A stretch of DNA of 64,000 bases, from the NCBI GenBank assembly GCA_963703045.1, contig OY969782.1, positions 2,157,771 to 2,221,770 on the forward strand, given 5' to 3'. The DNA is from Miltoncostaeaceae bacterium (GTDB taxonomy: Bacteria; Actinomycetota; Thermoleophilia; Miltoncostaeales; Miltoncostaeaceae). Below, piece by piece: positions 18,077 through 26,828 of the stretch. The stretch's first letter is position 1; each line of letters starts with the position of its first letter. A program made the translations under genes and the position numbers. The notes beneath the pieces were generated by a model. That model saw nothing but the letters and a program-made list of their open reading frames with translations, was not told where the DNA came from and made no database searches.

Positions 18077-18128
18077 GCGCTTCCCGTCAGGGAAGCGCAG
18101 GCGAGCCACCCCCCCCTCCCGGGGGGGG
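18077..18128 (-). terminator. two adjacent perfect GC hairpins downstream of the MMPL gene
   Basis: gcgcttccc-gtca-gggaagcgc (18077-18098) is followed by C8-tccc-G8 (18109-18128). They lie about 100-150 nt past the stop at 18224. No U-tract. Confidence 0.45.
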
Positions 18129-18223
18129 CGACGCTCCCGCCCCGCCGCCGCCGGTGCTCGTCCGCAGTCGCCTCGGAGCCCGCCTCCAGGCCGGATCAGG
18201 CGGGGCGCGACGGGCGCTCGTGC

Positions 18224-20419
18224 TCAGCGCGGCTGCGGGACCGTGTCGGCGTGGGTCACCTCCGGAGCGCCGACCCTCGCGCCGGCGGCGCGACCCGCGC
18301 CGGGCAGGAGGCGGTCGAGCCATCCGGGAAGCCACCAGTTGGCGCGACCGAGGAGCGTCATCGACGCGGGCACCAGCACCATCCTGACCACCGTCGCGTC
18401 GAGGGCGATCGCCGTGGCCATGCCGAGCCCGAACATCTTGGTCGTCGGGTCGCCGCCGGCCACGAACCCCGCGAACACCGCAACCATGATCAACGCGGCC
18501 GCGGTGATGACGCGGGCGGTCAACGCCAGCCCCCGGACGATCGCCTCACGGTCGGCGGCGCCCTCCAGGTGGTGCTCGCGGATGCGCGAGAGCAGGAACA
18601 CCTCGTAGTCCATCGAGAGCCCGAACACCACGGCGAACATGAACATCGGGATGAACGAGACGATCGGCACCGGCGACTCCAGCCCGATCAGGGATCCGCC
18701 CCATCCCCACTGGAAGACCATCACGACGACGCCGAAGGCGGCGCCGATGCCCAGCAGGTTCAGGACCGCCGCCTTCGCCGCGATCACGACCGACCGGAAC
18801 ACCACCACGAGCAGCAGGAACGACAGTCCCACGACGGCGGCGACGAACGCGGTCAGGCGGTCCCCGACGCGTCCGCTGACGTCGAGGAAGATCGCCGTCT
18901 GGCCGCCGACGTGCGCGGTGGCGGGCGAGCCCCCGACCGCGACGGGCAGCACCTCGTCGCGAAGGCGCTCGACCGTCGCTCGGGTCGCGGCGTCCTGGGG
19001 GGGCGTCGTCGGGGTGGCGACGATCGTCGCGACGCCCGCGTCGGCGTCCAGCCGGGCGGCGCCGACGGCGGCGATGCCCGGGTCGCCGGCCAGCCCGGCA
19101 CGCAGCGGCCCGACGACCGCGGGGTCGGCCGAGATGTCCACGGCGACCAGGAGCGGGCCGTTCGCGCCCGGGCCGAAGCCCGAGGCGACGAGGTCGTACG
19201 CCCGCCGCTCGGTCCGCGACTCGGGGAGCGTTCCCTCGTCGGGGGTGCCGAGCGTCAGGGAGAGGGCCGGGATCGCCAGTGCCGCGAGCAGGGCGGTCGC
19301 GGCGACCAGGTACGCCACCGGGTGCCGCGTGACGTGCTCCGCCCAGCGCTGCGCCCGCTCCCCGGTGGCCCGGGCGGTGCGCCGCCGCCGCCGGTTGGGG
19401 ATCCGCAGCCGGTCGATCCAGGGACCCGCGAGGGCCAGCAGCGCGGGCAGCAGCGTGACGGCGGCGGCGACCATGACGAGCACGACGACCGAGATCGCCA
19501 CGCCCGCCGCCGTCACGAACGGGATGCCGGCGACGGCGAGGCCGAGGATCGCCACGAGCACCGTCCCGCCCGCGAACACCACCGAGCGCCCGGCGGTGGC
19601 GACCGCCAGCCCCACCGACTCGACCGGCGAGACGCCCTCGGCGAGGTGCTCGCGGTGGCGGGTCACCAGCAGGAGCGCATAGTCGATGCCGACGCCCAGC
19701 CCCACCATCGCGGCCATCATGGGAGCCCAGCTCGGCACCGCGATGACGTGGGCGACCAGTGGCATGGCGCCCACCCCGAGGGCGAGCCCGAACAACGCCA
19801 GCAGGATGGGCAGCCCCATCGCCACGACCGATCCGAACGCCACCAGCAGGATCACCGCCGCGGCGACGACGCCGGCCAGCTCGCCGAGGCCGCTGTCCGG
19901 CTCCTCGAACGCGAAGAACAGGTCCCCGCCCGCCTCGATGCGCAGGTCGCGCCCCGGCGCGCCCGCCCGAGCGGCGTCCACCGCGTCGGTCAGCCGCTCG
20001 AGGTCGGCGGCGTCCAGCTCCGCGGTCGCCGGGTACTGCAGGCGGACGATCGCGATCCTCCCGTCGTCCGACACCGCCGCGGCGGGATCGGTGGCCGCGA
20101 CGACGTGGGGGAGCGCCGCGAGGTCGTCGCGCAGCTCCCGCGCGGCCACCAGCTCGGGTCCGCCGACCCCGAACGTGCCGTCGTCGTGGGGCGTGACCAC
20201 CACCTGCGCGGTCAGGCCGGCCGTCGCGGAGCCCGAGGCCTCCAGCAGCTCGGTCGCCCGCTGGGAGTCGGTGTCGGGGACGGCGAAGCCGTCGTCGAGC
20301 TCGTGGCCGACGACGGTGGCCGCGGAGACCACGACCGCGGCGAGCACGAGCCACGCGGCGATGGCGACGAGGGGCCGTCGCGCGGCGAAGCGGCCGAGCG
20401 TGGCGAGTATGCGGGACAT
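18224..20419 (-). CDS. MMPL family (RND superfamily) transporter
   Basis: 731 aa. Starts MSRILATLGRFAARRPLVAIAAWLVLAAVVV and has two 6-TM bundles, each preceded by an extracytoplasmic domain. Contains VGIDYALLLVTRHREH and GLSMDYEVFLLSRIREH. Confidence 0.9.
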   Translation of the reverse strand: MSRILATLGRFAARRPLVAIAAWLVLAAVVVSAATVVGHELDDGFAVPDTDSQRATELLEASGSATAGLTAQVVVTPHDDGTFGVGGPELVAARELRDDLAALPHVVAATDPAAAVSDDGRIAIVRLQYPATAELDAADLERLTDAVDAARAGAPGRDLRIEAGGDLFFAFEEPDSGLGELAGVVAAAVILLVAFGSVVAMGLPILLALFGLALGVGAMPLVAHVIAVPSWAPMMAAMVGLGVGIDYALLLVTRHREHLAEGVSPVESVGLAVATAGRSVVFAGGTVLVAILGLAVAGIPFVTAAGVAISVVVLVMVAAAVTLLPALLALAGPWIDRLRIPNRRRRRTARATGERAQRWAEHVTRHPVAYLVAATALLAALAIPALSLTLGTPDEGTLPESRTERRAYDLVASGFGPGANGPLLVAVDISADPAVVGPLRAGLAGDPGIAAVGAARLDADAGVATIVATPTTPPQDAATRATVERLRDEVLPVAVGGSPATAHVGGQTAIFLDVSGRVGDRLTAFVAAVVGLSFLLLVVVFRSVVIAAKAAVLNLLGIGAAFGVVVMVFQWGWGGSLIGLESPVPIVSFIPMFMFAVVFGLSMDYEVFLLSRIREHHLEGAADREAIVRGLALTARVITAAALIMVAVFAGFVAGGDPTTKMFGLGMATAIALDATVVRMVLVPASMTLLGRANWWLPGWLDRLLPGAGRAAGARVGAPEVTHADTVPQPR

Positions 20420-20582
20420 GCGGTCTCTCCTGTGGGGCGGGGAATCGTCTGGGCGCGATGCTCCCCGCCGGGGCCGCGCCGCACATCGGACGTCCGGCTC
20501 GACCGCGCCCGGCCGGACGGGCGATCCCCATGCGGCACTTTCGGCCGATCCCCGCGCCGCGCCGCGGTCCTACGATGGGGCT

Positions 20583-21728
20583 GTGCGCGCCTTCCTGCGA
20601 TCGTTCTGGGGCGAGCCCCCGGTCCCCGACCCACCCCGGCGGGTGTGGCGCGACTGGGTCCTCGTGGCGCTCCTGGCAGCCCTGTGCATCGTGGAGGTGA
20701 TCCTCCGCGACGACCTGCCCTACCGCTGGCTGTCGTTCGCCGTCGCGTTCGCCGGCGTGCCGCTGTTGCTGTGGCGGCGCACGCATCCGCTCCCCGTCGT
20801 GGGGGCGGTCTTCGGCGCCGCGACCGTCATGGACATCCCCTGGGTGCTGCAGGGCGGCGATCCCCCCGGGCTGTTCACGATGGCCTACGTGCTGATCCCG
20901 GCGTACGCCCTGTTCCGGTGGGGGTCGGGTCGCCATGCGCTGATCGGCCTCGGGATCATGCTCGTGCCCGCGACCGTGGCGCTGGTGCTCGACTTCACCA
21001 GCGTGAGCGAGGCGGTCATGGGCTTCGCACTCTTCTTCCTGGCACTGGCCGTGGGTGTCGCCGTGCGCTCGCGAACGCGGGAGCGCGTCAGCCGCGTCGA
21101 CGCGGCGCGGGCGAGGGAGCGCGAGGCGCTGGCCCGCGACCTGCACGACACCGTCGCGCACCACGTCTCGGCCATCGCGGTCCGGGCACAGGCCGGCATC
21201 GCCACCGCGCCCGCCGACCCGGATGCGGCCGTCGCGGCGCTGCGCGTCATCGCGGACGAGGCATCGCGGACGCTGGCGGAGATGCGGACCATCGTGCGCA
21301 GCCTGCGGACCGACGGGCGGGACGGCACCGCCCCGCTGCCCCGCCTCGGCGACGTGCGCGGGCTCGCGGAGCCCACCACGCGCGCCGGCCTCCCGGTCCA
21401 CATCGAGATCCAGGGCGACGAGGCCCGGGTGCCGGAGTCCGTCGCCGCGGCCGCCTACCGACTGGTGCAGGAGTCGGTCACGAACGCCCGTCGACACGCC
21501 CGCCGGGCGAGCCGGATCGAGGTGACGGTGCGCGCCGACGACGACGCCGTGACGGTCGAGGTGACCGACGACGGCGAGCGCGCGACCGCTCCCCGAGACG
21601 TGGGCTTCGGCATCGCCGGCATGGTCGAGCGCGCCGAGGGCCTCGGCGGCACCTGCCTCGCCGGCCCCCGGGCGGGCGGCGGCTGGGCCGTGACGGCGGT
21701 GCTTCCGCTGCGGGGCGCGTCGTCGTGA
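20583..21728 (+). CDS. NarL-class sensor histidine kinase
   Basis: GTG start at 20583 in the frame of ORF 19686..21728. Four or five TM segments, H-box REREALARDLHDTVAHHVSAIAVRAQAG, N-box QESVTNARRHA and DDG...GFGIAGMVERAEGLGG. Confidence 0.85.
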   Translation: MRAFLRSFWGEPPVPDPPRRVWRDWVLVALLAALCIVEVILRDDLPYRWLSFAVAFAGVPLLLWRRTHPLPVVGAVFGAATVMDIPWVLQGGDPPGLFTMAYVLIPAYALFRWGSGRHALIGLGIMLVPATVALVLDFTSVSEAVMGFALFFLALAVGVAVRSRTRERVSRVDAARAREREALARDLHDTVAHHVSAIAVRAQAGIATAPADPDAAVAALRVIADEASRTLAEMRTIVRSLRTDGRDGTAPLPRLGDVRGLAEPTTRAGLPVHIEIQGDEARVPESVAAAAYRLVQESVTNARRHARRASRIEVTVRADDDAVTVEVTDDGERATAPRDVGFGIAGMVERAEGLGGTCLAGPRAGGGWAVTAVLPLRGASS

Positions 21729-22399
21729 GCATCCGCGTCCTGCTCGCCGACGACCAGGAGATCGTGCGCACCGGCCTCGGGATGATCCTGGACGCCGATC
21801 CGGGGATAACGGTCGTCGGGCAGGCGGCCGACGGTGAGCAGGCGGTCGCCCTCGCCCGCGCGCTGCGGCCCGACGTCTGCCTGTTCGACATCCGCATGCC
21901 CCGTCTCGACGGCGTCGAGGCGACGCGGCGCCTCGCGGGCCCCGGCGTCGCCGATCCGATGGCCGTGGTGGTCATCACCACCTTCGACCTGGACGAGCAC
22001 GTCCACGCCGCCCTCAAGGCCGGCGCACGCGGGTTCCTGCTGAAGGACGCCGGGCCCGAGTTGCTCGGCCAGGCCGTGCGGGCCGCCGCGGCGGGCGATG
22101 CCCTCATCGCTCCCAGCGTCACCGCCCGCCTGCTCGCGACGTTCGCCGCCGCCGGATCCGCCGCCCCGCCCGCCGCCCCACGCGAGCCGCTCACCGAACG
22201 TGAGGAGCAGGTGCTCGCGAGCCTCGCGCGCGGGCGCACCAACATCGAGATCGCCGCCGAGCTCCACATCAGCCTCAGCACGGTGAAGACCCACATCGCG
22301 AACCTGATGGGCAAGCTACGCGCGCGGAACCGCGTCGAGATCGCCATCTGGGCCCACGAGAGCGGGCGAGCCGGGTCCGGAGGCGCCCCGCGCGGCTGA
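21725..22399 (+). CDS. NarL/LuxR-family response regulator
   Basis: GTGA overlap with the kinase stop. IRVLLADDQEIVRTGL...PDVCLFDIRMPRLDG...LTEREEQVLASLARGRTNIEIAAELHISLSTVKTHI. Confidence 0.9.
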   Translation: MSIRVLLADDQEIVRTGLGMILDADPGITVVGQAADGEQAVALARALRPDVCLFDIRMPRLDGVEATRRLAGPGVADPMAVVVITTFDLDEHVHAALKAGARGFLLKDAGPELLGQAVRAAAAGDALIAPSVTARLLATFAAAGSAAPPAAPREPLTEREEQVLASLARGRTNIEIAAELHISLSTVKTHIANLMGKLRARNRVEIAIWAHESGRAGSGGAPRG

Positions 22400-22433
22400 G
22401 CGACTCGCCTGACGGCCGAGAGGGCCGACGTCG

Positions 22434-22476
22434 GTGGGCCGTGTAGGGATCGAACCTACGACCCTGGGATCAGAAG
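22434..22476 (-). repeat. truncated tRNA-Lys-like 3' half (T-arm, acceptor 3' strand and part of the anticodon loop); direct repeat of 24303-24345
   Basis: 39 of 43 nt are identical to the 3' half of the intact tRNA-Lys 1,869 bp away, in the same orientation. No matching 5' acceptor strand, D-arm or anticodon stem could be folded. Confidence 0.75.
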
Positions 22477-22516
22477 TAGGTCTCGGTGCGGTCTCCGCCG
22501 GTCGCCGCGTGATCGG

Positions 22517-24070
22517 TCAGGGCACGAGGCGGATCGGCCGGATCACGGGGCTCGTGGCCCGCTGACCCGGTCGGCCGCGCGCTCCCAGCGCGTAGCCGAC
22601 GGCGAAGCGGAGGGGCGTGCGCACGTCGAATGTCCGCGCCCGCCGTGGGACCCGGATGCAGGTGCGGGTGCGACCGGCGGCGCGGAACACGACGAGTCGC
22701 TGGCCGAACAGCCGCACGCTGCGCCGCCCGCTGAAGATCGTCACCAGGACCCGCGCGGGCCGGGCACTGCTCACGACGACGGCGACGCACTTCGAGCGCT
22801 GCAGGGAACGCAGGGAGAGCTGCCCGGGGCCCGTGACGATCACCGGTCCGGCGCGCACCTCGCGGGGGCTCGGGATCGTCGTCTCGAGGTCCGGCACGAG
22901 CGGAAACGGCCGCCCGACGGCACGCGTCGTGAGCTCGACCTGCCGGCCGGGCACGAGCCGCAGCCCGGCGAGCGCCGGGTCGGACGGCGTGACGGTGACG
23001 CCGCCCCGGACGTTGCCGACCCGGGTGCGGTCACGCGCCGGGCTGTGGGCGACGCGTGCGACCCCGCCGTCAACGTCCACCCTCGCGAGCGGGGTGAGCA
23101 GGGACGCCCCCGCGGGTGCGCCGGCCTGCTGGGCGCGTTGCGGGCCGAACGCCGTCATCTCGACCTCGCCCTCGCGGAGCCGGGGGATGCGCTCCACCTC
23201 GAAGTACCCGGGCGTCGCGACGGGCGCCCCGTCCCCGCGGCTCAGGATCGTCCCCGAGATGATGAAGGTCGCGCCGCCGGAGACCGCCTGGAGCTTCACG
23301 CCGGCGGGGCCGGCGCGGCCGGGGACCGGCAACACGCGGATCGCGTCCCCCGCGCCGAGCACCCACCCGACGCGGGCCGCGAGCGAGCCGCCGTCGGTGC
23401 CCGAGTGGAACGTGGTCCCGCCGCGCGCCGCGAAATCGATGCCGACGATCCGGAAGAGCGGCGGCCCCGTGATCGCCGGCTGGCCCGGGGGCGTGCCGGG
23501 CGGGACCGCGGGGGCGGGCGGGGGCGTCGCCGGGGCGGGGGCCTCGCCGTAGAGCTCGATCGTGATGCCGCCGGTCCCGGTCGCGCTGGTGAACGTCCGC
23601 ACCTGCGCCCCGAGCGGGCCGCTGGCCGGGGCGACGAAGCTGACCTCGTACTCGTGGTCGGCCGCGTAGGCGAGGACGCGCTCGGCCAGGCCGATCGGCG
23701 AACGGCGGTTGGCGGGGTCGCCGCCGAAGTCGAGGAAGAAGGGCACGACGGACCGCGGCCCCGGCGGCTCCTCGATGCAGTCGTCCCCGGGGATGGCGGG
23801 GCCCCCGGCGTGGAAGAAGCAGTAGACCGCGTCGACGTCCTCCCGGCGCCCGGAGGTGTAGCCGAGGGTGACGGTCTCCCCGAGCACGACCCGGTAGGTC
23901 CGGCCCTGCTCCAGCGACACGGCGGTCTGCACCCGGGCGCCGCTGCCCGGCGCGGTCATGGTGGCCAGGAGCTGCTCGGCGCCCTGGGCGGGCTGCGGCG
24001 CCGCGGCCGCGGCGACCAGCGCCGTGGCCAGTGCGGCGAGCAGTGCGAGCGTGCGCAGCCTCATGACCAC
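22517..24070 (-). CDS. secreted protein of unknown function (517 aa)
   Basis: Signal peptide MRLRTLALLAALATALVAAAAAPQPAQGA, a Pro-rich linker (APAPATPPPAPAVPPGTPPGQPAI) and beta-rich halves. I recognise no family motif. Confidence 0.7.
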   Translation of the reverse strand: MVMRLRTLALLAALATALVAAAAAPQPAQGAEQLLATMTAPGSGARVQTAVSLEQGRTYRVVLGETVTLGYTSGRREDVDAVYCFFHAGGPAIPGDDCIEEPPGPRSVVPFFLDFGGDPANRRSPIGLAERVLAYAADHEYEVSFVAPASGPLGAQVRTFTSATGTGGITIELYGEAPAPATPPPAPAVPPGTPPGQPAITGPPLFRIVGIDFAARGGTTFHSGTDGGSLAARVGWVLGAGDAIRVLPVPGRAGPAGVKLQAVSGGATFIISGTILSRGDGAPVATPGYFEVERIPRLREGEVEMTAFGPQRAQQAGAPAGASLLTPLARVDVDGGVARVAHSPARDRTRVGNVRGGVTVTPSDPALAGLRLVPGRQVELTTRAVGRPFPLVPDLETTIPSPREVRAGPVIVTGPGQLSLRSLQRSKCVAVVVSSARPARVLVTIFSGRRSVRLFGQRLVVFRAAGRTRTCIRVPRRARTFDVRTPLRFAVGYALGARGRPGQRATSPVIRPIRLVP

Positions 24071-24301
24071 GCCGTCCTCCGCCTCCCGTGGGGTGTCGAA
24101 CCGCCAGAACCTACCTCGCCCCCGAGAGCGTGGTCAACGGCGGGGGCGTCCCTGTCGCCGGGGCGGTCCTCGTCCTCGGCGGTTCGCCTCGATATGCCGG
24201 AATGTGCCCGTACCTGGCGATGGAACTCGTGAGCCCGAGAGGCACGGCACACGGTGGGCGTCCGTCTGCCCGTACGCCTCGGTTCCCGTGCGCATGCGCT
24301 C

Positions 24302-24375
<74 letters not shown>

Positions 24376-24543
24376 CCGGCGACCGATCATCGCACGGCCG
24401 CGGGGGTGGCGAGCGGGCGACCCTCGCCGTCCCGATCCCCGTTCCGGTGGACGGTGGCGCCGTCCGGGCCATACCGTGAGGGCTCACTTGGACGCCGCGC
24501 CCCGACCGCGCGATGGGGGCGGCTCATCGCGGAGGAGGACGAG

Positions 24544-24831
24544 ATGGCCTACGGGGTCGTGCATCGTTTCGCCGGCGGTACGAAGGCCCAGTACGACGCG
24601 GCCGTCGCGGCCGTGCATCCGCCCGGGGGGCTTCCCGATGGGCAGGTCCTGCACGTCGCGGGATCATCGGACGACGGCTGGGTGATCTTCGCCGTCCACG
24701 AGTCGCGCGAGAGCTGGGAGCGCTTCCGCGACGACACCCTCATGCCCGCGATGCAGAAGGGGATCGACGGCGGCCTGGACGGCCCGCCGCAGGAGACGGC
24801 GTTCGAGGTCGTCGTCCACCAGACGGGGTAG
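24544..24831 (+). CDS. small conserved-looking hypothetical protein (95 aa)
   Basis: A GGAGGAGGA RBS precedes the ATG. Sequence starts MAYGVVHRFAGGTKAQYDAAVAAVHP... and has high G/C third positions. Possibly a dimeric alpha/beta-barrel fold (not verifiable here). Confidence 0.6.
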   Translation: MAYGVVHRFAGGTKAQYDAAVAAVHPPGGLPDGQVLHVAGSSDDGWVIFAVHESRESWERFRDDTLMPAMQKGIDGGLDGPPQETAFEVVVHQTG

Positions 24832-24913
24832 GGCAGGGGCAGGGCACCGGGTCGCCGAGATCGGGGAACGCGGGCGCGCCGTCGGCCGGGCCGCACGGAA
24901 CAGGAGGACGACG

Positions 24914-25327
24914 ATGGACAGCGACGGGGCGCGGGCGTTCGCGCGGGAGCATCACCGCGGGATCATGGCGACGCGCCATCCGGACGGTGGCATCCGCCAG
25001 TCGCCCATCGTCGCGGCGACCGACGACGACGGACGGCTCACCGTGAGCTCGCGCGAGACGGCCTACAAGGTCCGGTACCTCCGCGACGATCCGTGGGCGC
25101 AGCTCTGCCTGTTCACCGACCGCTTCTTCGGGCCCTGGATCTGGGTCGAGGGGACGGCGGAGATCGTGTCGCTGCCCGATGCGATGGAGCCGCTGATCGA
25201 CTACCGCAGGCGCTTCTCGGACGCCGGTGACATCGACTGGGACGACTACCGGGCGCGCATGGAGCGCGAGAGGCGCGTCCTCATCCGCATCGCCGTCGAG
25301 CGCACCGGGCCCGATCGCCAGGGGTGA
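24914..25327 (+). CDS. PPOX-class (pyridoxamine 5'-phosphate oxidase fold) probable F420-dependent enzyme
   Basis: 137 aa with ARAFAREHHRGIMATRHPDGGIRQSPI and YKVRYLRDDPWAQLCL, the typical split-barrel family pattern. Confidence 0.7.
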   Translation: MDSDGARAFAREHHRGIMATRHPDGGIRQSPIVAATDDDGRLTVSSRETAYKVRYLRDDPWAQLCLFTDRFFGPWIWVEGTAEIVSLPDAMEPLIDYRRRFSDAGDIDWDDYRARMERERRVLIRIAVERTGPDRQG

Positions 25328-25334
25328 CGGCCGC

Positions 25335-25847
25335 CTAGGTGACCGGCGACCCGTCCCGGCGTGACGGCGGCGATACGGCGCCCTCGTCGTCGGCACGCCG
25401 CGCCACGGCGGAACGGCGCGAGAACCTCAGCGCCACCTCGGTGCCCGCTCCGTGCGCACTCCATCGTGCGTCGTCGGCGAGCGTCGCCATGATGATGCGG
25501 CCGCGACCGCGGATCGAGTGCGGGTGCGGGGTCTCGGGCGGCCCCGTCGGGGTGCCGGCACCGCCGCGACCGCGGTCGCGCACCCGTACCTCGGCGCAAT
25601 CGCCGGACGCGGCGAGCTCGACGCAGATCGGCGCGTCGGGCTCCGACCCGTGCTCGAGGGCGTTCTGCACCGCCTCGTCGACGGCCAGCACCACGTCAAC
25701 GCGATCCCCCCGGGACCAGCCGGCCCTCTCGAGCCCCGTGGCGACCCAGTCGACCAGTGTCCGCGTGGCGGGGGGCGCCGCCGCGACGCCGGCCTGCACC
25801 GTCACGAGGGGGTCCGTGCAGGACTCCTCGGGTCCATCCCTACTCAT
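25335..25847 (-). CDS. HATPase_c-type anti-sigma regulatory factor (RsbW/SpoIIAB-like Ser kinase)
   Basis: 170 aa with VVLAVDEAVQNALEHG (N-box-like) and VRDRGRG...GRGRIIMATLADD. Confidence 0.65.
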   Translation of the reverse strand: MSRDGPEESCTDPLVTVQAGVAAAPPATRTLVDWVATGLERAGWSRGDRVDVVLAVDEAVQNALEHGSEPDAPICVELAASGDCAEVRVRDRGRGGAGTPTGPPETPHPHSIRGRGRIIMATLADDARWSAHGAGTEVALRFSRRSAVARRADDEGAVSPPSRRDGSPVT

Positions 25848-25977
25848 GAAACGACCACCTCCCGCGCACAGGAGTACCCGCTGGGTCCAGGGCTAACCGC
25901 CACCCGCCCGCGGGGGGCCCCCCGGAGGCGGGCAGGGAGGCGGCGCGCCGGCGCGTCGCCCCCCTGCGGCAGCCCGC

Positions 25978-26781
25978 CTAGAAGGTCAGGGAGGCCCTGC
26001 GCACGATCGGCGATGCGGTGGCCGCGATGCCGGGCACCGTCGCGGTCGGGCGGAGGGTCGCGGTCACCTTGATCCGGCCGGTGAGGCGCCCGGTGTAGGG
26101 GAACGAGATGACGCCGCTCGTGCCAGGCAGCAGGCTGCGGGTGCGGGTGGTGAGCCGCGCGATCACGCGCCCGTTGCGGCGCAGCACCACGCGGGCCTGC
26201 CCGCGGGCGAGCCGCTCGTTGACGTTGCCCTTGTTCGTGACTCCGAGGCGCACGACCTTCGCCGAGCCGGCGCGGTGGACCGAGAGCCGGTGCACCTGCA
26301 GGTGGCGGCGCAGCTCGCCCGGCACCCGCACGAGGGTGCCGACGCCCACGCGGGCGCGCACCTGCACGGCGCCCGCGGTCTGCCCGCTGGCGCGCCCCGT
26401 CAGGAGGACGAGGGCGTGGTGGTCGCCCGGGGCGGCGATGTGCGGGGCCTTCGAGGTCACGGTCACCACGGCGCTCTGCCGCGGACCGAGGTTCAGCACC
26501 GAAGGCGACACGGTCAGCCAGCGCTTCGCGGAGCGGCTCGGCTCGAGACGCGGGTCGACCTGGACCGAGCCGTCCTCGGCGATGGAGTAGTTGCCCACCC
26601 CGACGTCGATGGTGCTGGCGACGTCGCCGGCGTTGGTCACCACGAGCGTCTCGCGGTCGGCGCGGTCGAGCAGCAGCGTGCCGGGGTTGACGGCGACGTT
26701 GATCTGCGGCGCGGCCGTCGCGCCGGCGGGCAGGGCGGCGAACAGCGCGAGGGCGAGTGCGGGGGCGACGTGGCGCTTCAT
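25978..26781 (-). CDS. secreted two-domain beta-sandwich protein, DUF916/PapD-chaperone-like (putative)
   Basis: A GGAGG RBS and signal peptide MKRHVAPALALALFAALPAGATAAP. Sequence INVAVNPGTLLLDRADRETLVVTNAGD...RWLTVSPSVLNLGPRQSAVVTVT. Last gene of the three-gene operon. Confidence 0.55.
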   Translation of the reverse strand: MKRHVAPALALALFAALPAGATAAPQINVAVNPGTLLLDRADRETLVVTNAGDVASTIDVGVGNYSIAEDGSVQVDPRLEPSRSAKRWLTVSPSVLNLGPRQSAVVTVTSKAPHIAAPGDHHALVLLTGRASGQTAGAVQVRARVGVGTLVRVPGELRRHLQVHRLSVHRAGSAKVVRLGVTNKGNVNERLARGQARVVLRRNGRVIARLTTRTRSLLPGTSGVISFPYTGRLTGRIKVTATLRPTATVPGIAATASPIVRRASLTF

Positions 26782-26828
26782 CTCCGGGGAACCTCCGTGT
26801 CGGTACCGGGTTGTGGGGTGAGCGGCCA

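Noticed and set aside
17945-22399. 1,484-aa ORF on the plus strand
   Set aside because: It is a stop-free artefact of the high GC content. Most of it is Arg/Gly/Pro/Asp low-complexity sequence antisense to the MMPL gene. Only the last 224 codons (the response regulator, 21725..22399) look like protein.
22434-22510. Possible complete tRNA-Arg(UCU), because the loop reads CTTCTGA
   Set aside because: There is no complementary 5' acceptor strand, no D-arm, and the anticodon stem does not pair (ACCTA against TCCCA). It is treated as a tRNA-Lys-derived fragment.
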